64,000 nt of DNA from Macrostomum lignano (lineage: Eukaryota): positions 620,001 to 684,000 of the forward strand of contig NIVC01000280.1 in NCBI GenBank assembly GCA_002269645.1. Reading direction: 5' to 3'. Positions 54,580 to 64,000 of this stretch are shown one piece after another (position 1 is the first letter of the stretch; every line of letters starts with the position of its first letter). Under the pieces are notes generated by a model. The model saw only the letters and a list, made by a program, of their open reading frames with translations, was not told where the DNA came from and ran no database searches. Made by a program: the position numbers and the translations under genes.

Positions 54580-55380
54580 CTCAAAGATCCTCATGCAAAG
54601 TGAGTCAGGAGCTACTTACTCTCAAAGATCCTCATGCAAAGTGAGTCAGGAGCTACTTACTCTCAAAGATCCTCATGCAAAGTGAGTCAGGAGCTACTTA
54701 CTCTCAAAGATCCTCATGCAAAGTGAGTCAGGAGCTACTTACTCTCAAAGATCCTCATGCAAAGTGAGTCAGGAGCTACTTACTCTCAAAGATCCTCATG
54801 CAAAGTGAGTCAGGAGCTACTTACTCTCAAAGATCCTCATGCAAAGTGAGTAAGGAGCTACTCTCAAAGATCCTCATGCAAAGTGAGTCAGGAGCTACTT
54901 ACTCTCAAATATCCTCATGCAAACTGAGTCAGGAGCTACTTACTCTCAAAGATCCTCATGCAAAGTGAGTCAGGAGCTACTTACTCTCAAATATCCTCAT
55001 GCAAACTGAGTCAGGAGCTACTTACTCTCAAAGATCCTCATGCAAAGTGAGTCAGGAGCTACTTACTCTCAAAGATCCTCATGCAAAGTGAGTCAGGAGC
55101 TACTTACTCTCAAAGATCCTCATGCAAAGTGAGTCAGGAGCTACTTACTCTCAAAGATCCTCATGCAAAGTGAGTCAGGAGCTACTTACTCTCAAATATC
55201 CTCATGCAAACTGAGTCAGTAGCTACTTACTCTCAAAGATCCTCATGCAAACTGAGTCAGGAGCTACTTACTCTCAAAGATCCTCATGCAAACTGAGTCA
55301 GGAGCTACCCTCAAAGATCCCCATGCAAACTGAGTCAGGAGCTACTGTCAAAGATCCCCAAACTGATTCAGGAGCTACTA
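54580..55380. repeat. 41-bp minisatellite CAAAGTGAGTCAGGAGCTACTTACTCTCAAAGATCCTCATG
   Basis: About 19 copies with 18 TGAGTCA, between the convergent SYAP1 and TMEM120 3' ends. Confidence 0.95.
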
Positions 55381-56035
55381 ACAAAGGTCCTCAAATTTCC
55401 CTAGACAGTGAAAGCAGAAACGCACAAGAGTGCAAAGAACGAACAGCTCATTCGAATAAGTGGCTACAGCCTTGAAAATCAGAGAACGATTTGCTGCTAT
55501 CGCCCACATGATCGCGTGTATTATGCGTCTTGGGAAATTTATCGATTTACAATTATGGGTGTCGAGGAAGGAGCCGATTGATTCGCGTCAACAACAGGTA
55601 ATTAATGATTCGATTTTAAATTTGAAACTATCAAGCAATTATCTTTTATTCGTGCAGAAAAAACTGACTACTCGTTACTGTAAGTAATAGAGCTGGCGTT
55701 TAAAGGTTGTTGAGTTGAACTGCTATAAAGTCTAGATATTCAGAAAGTCTCGTATCTAGATTAAGCCATCTAATCTCTAGCCTACAAAGAGACTACATGA
55801 AAGCAGGAAATAAGTGGTCAAGCAGTTATTTCAGAAAATTGGACCAATACGGACACAAAGCACTAGAGAGCTACATGTACTACTAAAATAAAAGTAAATT
55901 TAATTTTTATGTAAAAATGATTTCTTCACCAATTGGAATGGGAGCTACGCACAAATTGTTAGCTAGATCCTAATACAATATGATAGTTAATAATGCCATT
56001 AATAATTATTTTAAGCATTACTAATTTCAGTCTAC

Positions 56036-59000
56036 TCAATTCGTCTTATCGTGCTCATCGGACGATGCCAGATTGTCGGTGTCAGAGGCGGCAGTGGCGG
56101 CGGCGTTGCTGGCGGTTCCACTGGGCGAGTCGGACGAGGTGGAGCTCCGGCCGTAGGCGGACATGACGCTGAATCGGTACTTGCGCTTGAGCTTCTCCCG
56201 CAGCGAGTAGCCCTCAGACTTCATCTTCTGCTTCACCACGCCAAGGGTGGTGGTGGTGTTGCCCAGGAACAGCAGCAGGAACAGGCCGGAGAGGGCGATC
56301 ACCTGGCGGCGGCGCGGGGCCAGCGGTGTCAGGTGGGGGTCATTATGGAGAGAAACTGTCAGATGGGGGGTCATTATGAAGAGAAACTGTCAGATGGGGG
56401 TCATTATGGAGAGAAACTCTCAGGTGGGGGTCATTATGGAGAGAAACTGTCAGGTGGGGGTCATTATGAAGAGAAACTGTCAGGTGGGGGTCATTATGAA
56501 GAGAAACTGTCAGGTGGGGGTCATTATGAAAAGAAACTGTCAGGTGGGGGTCATTATGGAGAGAAACTCTCAGGTGGGGGTCATTATGGAGAGAAATTGT
56601 CAGATGTGGGTCATTATGGAGAGAAACTGTCAGGTGTTGGTCATTATGGAGAGAAACTGTCAGGTGGGGGTCATTATGGAGAGAAACTGTCAGGTGGGGG
56701 TCATTATGGAGAGAAACTGTCAGGTGGTGGTCATTATGGAGAGAAACTGTCAGGTGGGGGGTCATTATGACAAGAAAATGTCAGATGGGGGTCATTATGG
56801 AGAGAAACTTTCAGATGGGTTGGGGGGTCATTATGAAGAGAAACTGTCAGATGAGTGTCATTATGGAGAATCTGTCAGATGGGGGTCATTATGGAGAGAA
56901 TCTGTCACTTCGAGGTCATCACTGAGTGAAACTGTCAGGTGAGGGCAACCTGCAGCAAGGCCAACACTCACCTGCCACTCCTGACAGTCGGGTTCGTAGA
57001 ACAGTTTGAAGAGCACAAAGGAATTGTAGAGCTGGAAGCCGTAGCCGAGAAACAGAAACGGCAGCACGAAGCCGAGGCGACGCCACATCCACGACATGAA
57101 GCCGTCTGGCGGGGGTGGATGGGGTTTGGTCACGTGACGTTATCAATGTTGCCTCGCCGAACTGACAACAGAAGCGCAGATTTTATGACAAGATAAAAAT
57201 TGACTTTTTTATGACAAACCCTCGAATTTGGGTTGGTTTTAAAAGCTCGAAACTTCTCAAGCTCGAAACTTCTCAAGCTCGAAACTTCTCAAGCTCGAAA
57301 CTTCTCAAGCTCGAAGCTTCACAAGCTTGAAGCTTCACAAGCTGGAAACTTTATAAGCTCGAAACTTCAAAAGCTCGAAAATTCTCAAGCTCGAAACTTC
57401 TCAAGCTCGAAGCTTCACAAGCTCGAAGCTTCACAAGCTCGAAGCTTCACAAGCTGGAAACTTTATAAGCTCGAAAATTTATAAGCTCGAAACTTCAAAA
57501 GCTCGAAAATTCTCAAGCTCGAAATTTCTCAAGCTCGAAGCTTCACAAGCTCGAAGCTTCACAAGCTGGAAACTTTATAAGCTCGAAAATTTATAAGCTC
57601 GAAACTTCAAAAGCTCGAAACTTCTCAAGCTCGCAACTTCATGAACTCGAAACTTCTTAAGCTCGAAACTTCTTAAGCTCGAAACTTCTCAAGCTCGAAA
57701 CTTCTCAAGCTCGAAACTTCGTAAGCCCTAAACTTAACTTGACTTTTTGACGATGCACAATTTCGAGCTTGTAGAACGCTTCACCCCCCAGAGTCCACAC
57801 TGCCTTACCAACGGTTATGTCCATGGAGTGCCGCTCGCCCAATGCCCTCAGCTTGTACAGGCAGCCGCGCTGGTAATAGTACTGCACCACCTGCACTATG
57901 CCAACGTACACGCAGAACAGGTTGAACTGATTGCGGAACCGGTAGTAGCTGACCTCTCTAGGCCAGGTTAGCACGATGCCGGAGCACACAACGCTAACAA
58001 AATGGTGGGCCACCCACCAGCCCTTGATGCGGGACCCGTTCACGATGAGTATGCTCTCCCGGATCGTGAGGGTGCAGTAGTACCACACCAGCAGGAACTG
58101 GAACGCGGCGTCGAACACGCGGTGCTCGAGGAACAGAAAGAGAAAGATGGCAGCCACCAGGATGATGAGGGTGAGCACCAGCTTGAAGGCCTCGTAGTCC
58201 TGCTTGTAGGCGAACCTGCGAGGGATGAAAGGGCTTGTCTGTTGTTTTTGTGTCCGCTACTGTCTGTTTGTGTTCCCCACTGTCTGTGTCCGCTACTGTC
58301 TGCTGTGTCTGCTACTGTCTGTTTGTGTCCGCTACTGTCTGTTTGTGTCTCCTACTGTCTGTTTGTGTCCGCTACTTTCTGCTGCGTCTGCTACTGTCTG
58401 TTTGTGTCCGCTACTGTCTGTTTGTGTCCCCTACTGTCTGTTTGTGTCCGCTACTTTCTGCTGCGTCTGCTACTGTCTGTTTGTGTCCCCTACTATCTGT
58501 TTGTGTCCGCTACTGTCTGTTTGTGTCCCCTACTGTCTTTTTGTGTCCGCTACTGTTTGTGTCCGCTACTGTCTGCTGCGTCTGCTACTGTCTGTTTGTG
58601 TCCGCTACAGTTTGTGTCCGCTACTGTCTGTTTGTGTCCGTTACTGTCTGTGTCCGCTACTATGTGTTTGTGTCCGCCACTGTCTGTTTGTGTCCGCTAC
58701 TGTCTGTTTGTGTCCGCTACTGTCTGTTTGTGTCTGCTACTGTCTGTTTGTGTCTGCTACTGTCTGTTTGTGTCCGCTAATGTCTGTTTGTGTCTGCTAC
58801 TGTCTGTTTGTATCCGCTACTGTCTGTTTGTGTCTGCTACTGTCTGTTTGTGTCCGCTACTGTCTGTGTCCGCTACTGTCTGTGTCCGTTACTGTTTGTG
58901 TCCGCTACTATGTGTTTGTGTCCGCCACTGTCTGTTTGTGTCCGCTACTGTCTGTTTGTGTCCGCTACTGTTTGTGTCTGCTACTGTCTGTTTGTGTCTG

Positions 59001-61617
59001 CTACTGTCTGTTTGTGTCCGCTAATGTCTGTTTGTGTCCCCTACTGTCTGTTTGTATCCGCTACTGTCTGTTTGTGTCCGCTACTGTCTGTGTCCGTTAC
59101 TGTCTGTGTCCGCTACTATGTGTTTGTGTCCGCCACTGTCTGTTTGTGTCCGCTACTGTCTGTTTGTGTCCGCTACTGTCTGTTTGTGTCCGCTACTACT
59201 TATTTGTCTGTGTCCGCCTCTGTATTTCTGCAGCTGTTTATCTGTATGTCAGCGACTTGTCTGTTTAGGTGTCCTCGACTGCCTGTCAATAATTTCTACA
59301 TTGCCGGCAAACTCACTTGTCAACTTTGCTGAGCAGTGACACGTTGACCTGGCCCAGCACAATATTCAAGTACAGCCCATTCTTATGCGGCAGAGTGTCC
59401 TCAAGATCGGCGAACAGAGCCTTTCGCTGAGCCAATCGCTTCATCAGCTTCTCAACTTTATCCTTCTCATCGCCTTGGGCCACGCGCTCCAGACTGAATA
59501 AGGGGATTCATGTTAGAGGTGCTGGCAGCAGAGTGTGGAACAATTGCGCTAGACAAAGCTGTCAGTCAGTAAGAATCAAGACACTTACGATGTTAATGAG
59601 TTTAGAATCTGCTTAGCCCTGTAGCGCTGATGCTTGATGCCATCAAGACATTTTGTCTGCATCTTTTTCATTTCATCCACCTTTTCTGTGTACAACTCAT
59701 GATCTTTCTAAAATTTTGTAACAAGGGAGTATAATGCTTGTAAAAATTAGTAAGTTATTCTAGATACAATATTGAATCAATTTTTTGGCAAAAAAGTGGC
59801 ACTTATTTTAAAGTTAAAATTTATCAATACAATTTTAATATAATTTCATAAGAAATACACAAGCAAAAATTTGTGCTTTTTATATAGACTTCTTTGTTTT
59901 AAGTCAAATAGCCAAGAAAGTTTAATTGCCAAGCTGTTACTGAGTTAATAAAAAAGATATGCTTAAAATCTTGATCCTAACTATGAAGTCTATGTAGAAG
60001 ATAGACCTAGTCAAGACTTTGCTATAGACTATAAATTAATTAGACAATATTAATGAGTAATAAGTTACACTATTACTATTATCCTTTATTTCTTAATTAG
60101 GCCTAAATTAATTATAGTAAATGATAAAAATGTTAGCATTAGTTTTAGGCTTAGCATCATTAAAATTTAAAGGAAAATTTAAGTAATTAGCTATAGCTTT
60201 AGTCTAGATAAGGCAATAGGAAAATAGATATTTAATATAAATATCAAAAAATTAAGTATAATAAAACTCTATTAATTTATCAATCATATATATTGAAGCA
60301 TTAATAAGTATCTAAAAGCCTAGATTTCCTTTGATTAGGCCTATGTTAGAGATCTTTAGCCTTAACCTATGTATAAAAGTATAGAGAGCTTGTGTGCATG
60401 GCAGCTATATCTTAAATTATAGCCTATAGTATATCATATAGGCCTATTATTCAAATTATTGGAAATAAATATTTGAATTAACAAAAATAGCTATGAATTG
60501 AGATTAAATTGTATATAGGATAAAACAAGTAATAAATTATTAAATAAGTTCAGTGAGTAGGCCTAGCAATATGCAGATTTGAGGGAAAGGGTCCAATTTA
60601 CAATTCACTATTTTGCCTATCTGCTGGCTACAAATACTAGATAATTTGCCAAAAACTTGATTGGCAATGTGCTAAAGGTCCTGAGTTTGATTTGTTAGTT
60701 GCAATTGCTAATAATTATTTTAATTCATGAAAAATTATAGAACACTTATTTTTTCTGGTGCCATTTTAAATTGTAGGCATATACTATAAAAATGGAAACA
60801 ATACATGCATTTTTTGCAACAACCTAGGCTTACCATGTATATAGTATTATAGACTATATAGCAGGTGAGCCTTATATGTATTGAAAGACACTTTTGCAAA
60901 AAAACTTAAAAACATTGAAAACTTAAAATTCAATGATCCTAAAATAGATAGAATGTTTAGGATTGTCTGTTGCTAGATTGATTGAATACCAGCTGCATAC
61001 AAGGCTGTCTAGACTAGTAAGCAGCAATTTAAAATAAAAAATAAATATACACTAGATAAATATATACTGCTTGCTGTTTGATTGCTTATTTACATTTTTA
61101 TTGTTTTTTTGTTTAACAAAACAACTTTTGGCAAAACAACCTGCTTTCAGTGAATCAACATTTGGCAAATCAATTTTTGGCAAATTGACTTATTATACTG
61201 TGCATGCAACTAAAATACTAGGTGGATAGCTGCCATGCATGCAATTTAAACACTGGGTGGATAGCTGCCATGCACGCAAGCTGTCTGATAAAAGTATGTC
61301 TATTTATTAATAATATAGGCCTATATTAGGCTATACAAGTTATTCATAACTAACAATTGGAAATTACTAGCAATTTTTCTTATCTCTACCACAAATATTC
61401 AAATACAAAAATCTTCAAGGACTATAAAGTTGTTAAATATATAATATTAATACTATATAAAGAAAGGTCAATCTTAAATATAGAGCTAGCAGAGGCCTAT
61501 TTAATTATAAGTAAAGCAGATAACAAAGTTCCAAACCTTGAGTGTTTGAAATTCTTCATTCAATTTGTCCAGTGCAGCTTCACAGGACTGATAGTCATTG
61601 TAAGCTAGAAATGACAT
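56036..61617 (-). CDS. TMEM120: TMEM120 (TACAN/NET29)-family membrane protein; exons 61617-61537, 59707-59589, 59493-59317, 58215-57809, 57105-56972, 56302-56036 (394 aa)
   Basis: N-terminal coiled coil, then [96 protein letters not shown] and CQEWQV..LFLGN. All introns are GT-AG and in phase (1185 nt). Confidence 0.95.
56335..56940. repeat. 30-bp minisatellite GGTCATTATGGAGAGAAACTGTCAGGTGGG, TMEM120 intron 5
   Basis: About 20 copies spanning nearly the whole intron. Confidence 0.95.
57240..57780. repeat. 16-bp satellite AAGCTCGAAACTTCTC embedded in a MITE-like element, TMEM120 intron 4
   Basis: The array is followed by gccctaaac and an inverted aatttcgagcttgt, as in the 35005-35158 element. 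Confidence 0.85.
58232..59215. repeat. ~20-bp degenerate satellite GTGTCCGCTACTGTCTGTTT, TMEM120 intron 3
   Basis: Fills most of intron 58216-59316 and produces the Cys/Val-rich ORF artefacts. Confidence 0.93.
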
Positions 61618-62260
61618 TTTTAAGCGTTAAAAGAGCTCTTGTCTGGGTCTTCGCATACAAAAAAATATTCAGATGCAGATCTATTCTAAGTTAGAAAAAA
61701 ATATAAGTTGATTCCTAAGCCAAGGACTGGGTGCAAGAGTCAAATGTACTATATTATTATACCTCATCCACTAACATCACATAGGAGGCGTCGACTCTAA
61801 AGAAAGGATGTCAAAGTCAGACAACTCCGAACTGCAAAGTCTGCGAACCCCTGCTGCATGTAGGCTCGTGGCACTCCAAAAAACCAGTTTCGAAGAGTTC
61901 CTAGAAAAAAACTGGTTTGGTTCCTATGCGAATAAACAAACATTTAAGTATAAAAAAGCTAGAACGTATTTTGATTCATTAACTAAGTTGTTTTACGTTC
62001 TTTTTAATAAGGAGAAGCAATTAACTAGAGCCTAAAATTTTATTGCAATTTGGTTGATTAGCAATCGACAGGTGTGTCAATCTGGTTGATTAGCAATGGG
62101 CAGGTGTGTTGCGCGCTACACCAACTCTAAAAACGCCCAGTTTTGGGATTTAAAAAATCTAGTCTTAAAGTTTTTGGATCTGCCAAGAATTTTAAACTTT
62201 TGTTTGATTTTGTGAATTGTTTTTTACATTGTAAGCGCAATTTATGATTATAATTTATTG

Positions 62261-62855
62261 CAGGGTCGGTAAACTCCGACATGCGAGAGCCGCCAAGCCT
62301 CTAGATCCGGCCCTCAGGAAACTTCACAATAGCAATCCGGCCCTTTTAATGTGTGGCTCTTCTCTGCTTCCTTCTCATTCCTCTTCTCTCCCTCTTCTCT
62401 CTCCTTTCTCCCCTCTTCTCTCTCCAGCTCTCTCCTTTTCCCTCGATCTCTCTCCCCTCTCCACTCTCCCTTCTCTCTGATCTCATCTCTCCTCTCTCCC
62501 CTATTCTGTCGACCCTTCTTACCCCCTCCCCTCTCTCTCCATCTTCTCTCTCCTCTCTCCCCTCTTATCTCTCCTCTCTCCTTTTTTCTCTATCTCTCCA
62601 CTCTGTACTCTCCTCCGTTCTCTTCTCTCATCTCTCCTCTCTCCCCTATTCTGTCAACTCTCCTCGCCCCCTCCCCTCTCTCTCCCTCCTCTTCTCTTTG
62701 ATCTCTTCTATCTTTTCTCTTATCCCATCTCTTGCCTTTCCTTTCTTCTCTCATATTTTACTATTTTCTCTACTTTCCATGCACTCTCATCTGGCCCGCG
62801 GTCATGAGCTGGATTTTTTATCTGGCCCTTAAGATAAAAATTTCGCCGACCCCTG
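62261..62855. mobile_element. hAT/Charlie-like MITE with internal pyrimidine tract (62360-62750)
   Basis: Termini CAGGGTCGGTAAA and TTTCGCCGACCCCTG are imperfect inverted repeats, with subterminal TCCGGCCC/CTGGCCC motifs. No clear target-site duplication. Confidence 0.6.
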
Positions 62856-62928
62856 ATATCTATGGTATACAATTTCTGTGCAAAGCGAACGCGAGCGTAG
62901 ACACAAGGACAAAATGCTGGCGCCTCTG

Positions 62929-63298
62929 GTGCTGGCGCCTCTGGTGCTGGCGCCTCTGGTGCTGGCGCCTCTGGTGCTGGCGCCTCTGGTGCTGGCGCCT
63001 CTGGTGCTGGCGCCTCTGGTGCTGGCGCCTCTGGTGCTGGCGCCTCTGGTGCTGGCGCCTCTGGTGCTGGCGCCTCTGGTGCTGGCGCCTCTGGTGCTGG
63101 CGCCTCTGGTGCTGGCGCCTCTGGTGCTGGCGCCTCTGGTGCTGGCGCCTCTGGTGCTGGCGCCTCTGGTGCTGGCGCCTCTGGTGCTGGCGCCTCTGGT
63201 GCTGGCGCCTCTGGTGCTGGCGCCTCTGGTGCTGGCGCCTCTGGTGCTGGCGCCTCTGGTGCTGGCGCCTCTGGTGCTGGCGCCTCTGGTGCTGGCGC
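62929..63298. repeat. 15-bp perfect minisatellite TGGCGCCTCTGGTGC (~25 copies)
   Basis: Direct tandem array with no variants. Confidence 0.97.
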
Positions 63299-63877
63299 TA
63301 GCAGACGAGAAATACGAGCTAAAAAGGTGAAAAGGAATTGAGAGCTTCGGGTTAACCGACGAATAGAGGTAAAAAGAGCAAAGGCTCGCACTAAGTGTCC
63401 ACGATTGAGACTGAGTCGATTCGTTAAAGCAACAAAAGTATTGTACTTGAGCAGCACGTGACAGTATTTTTGTGAGACAATATATCGTTTCATTAAATTG
63501 ACTCTTGTTTTGCTCTTCTTGTCTGACTTCTTGTCAGGGAGAAACGTCAATGTCTATATCGAGACCTGCGCAAGGCCTAGCACATATGAAGTGTCATTGC
63601 GAAATTCTTGTTTTACTCTGTGTCAAATGAAAATGTCAATGCTGCTGCAACAACGCGTGGGAGCGCGTGAGAGGAAAGTTTTTTTGATACAGCCGTCTGT
63701 ATGAACTGCACATGTACATTACATGTGTATTTATATAGTCAACAATTTAAATAGGCATTGACAACATCCAGGTGCTCATGGTTAAATGAGGGTAGCGATT
63801 AATGATTATCAATCTTCGAGTCTTCTGGCTGGAGCTTGAAAATTTTAACGAACTCAAATTGCTCTCTGCAGTCTTAA

Positions 63878-64000
63878 TTAAAACACAGACTGGCACTCGC
63901 AGATGTAGGAGGTGTTCTTATTGCAGAAATAATCATCGAGTCCAGAAGGAAAGTGTCTGTAGAGAGCAGTGCAGCTGGCTACAGGGAATTTACCGTCGGG
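63878..64000 (-). CDS. C-type lectin-domain protein, 3' end (partial)
   Basis: PDGKFPVASCTALYRHFPSGLDDYFCNKNTSYICECQSVF* fits the C-terminal C...(W)xD..C.....(F/Y)ICE pattern of C-type lectin domains. Truncated by the window edge. Confidence 0.65.
   Translation of the reverse strand, partial: PDGKFPVASCTALYRHFPSGLDDYFCNKNTSYICECQSVF

Noticed and set aside
57240-57720. Heat-shock element array (GAAACTTC in each unit)
   Set aside because: The 16-bp period breaks the 5-bp nGAAn phasing, so only two-pentamer sites form. The MITE origin explains the motif.
58002-59339. Cys-rich ORFs resembling metallothionein or keratin-associated proteins
   Set aside because: They are the antisense of an intronic satellite within TMEM120.
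62720-63550. (EAPAP)n / (LAPLV)n / (WCWRL)n ORFs
   Set aside because: A perfect 15-bp repeat open in most frames, with AT-rich non-coding flanks and no splice support.

Overview
Eukaryotic (metazoan) genomic DNA with GC-rich exons and introns often filled by locus-specific mini- or microsatellites. This style suggests a free-living flatworm such as Macrostomum (inference, not established). Genes reconstructed by hand with phase-consistent GT-AG splicing, in order: RASSF-like 3' end (SARAH domain, partial, +); TATDN1 (+); CIMAP2/LEXM (+); an unidentified minus-strand gene (3 exons); a TIKI/TRABD2-type TraB metalloprotease (+, 5' end unresolved); a ~1296-aa KY/hillarin-like pseudo-transglutaminase apparently fused to a winged-helix-like segment and a nucleoside-phosphorylase-fold domain (+); BTBD19 (-); two tandem SLC16/MCT transporters (-); SYAP1 (+); TMEM120 (-); and a C-type lectin 3' end (partial, -). 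Mobile DNA: two tRNA-derived SINE families, a truncated LINE 3' end, several MITE-like elements and a heavily mutated piggyBac fossil. Best leads: (1) sharply bounded CpG-void domains, one holding a piggyBac fossil with C>T/G>A decay that may include CpA context; (2) the KY-like/PNP fusion gene; (3) several unrelated minisatellites whose units each carry a canonical transcription-factor motif (RFX, AP-1 twice, ETS); (4) intronic satellites apparently seeded from splice junctions, a SINE head or a MITE arm; (5) a 243-bp near-identical tract between the MCT paralogues. Most long ORFs in the supplied track are repeat artefacts. All family assignments come from remembered motifs, not database searches.
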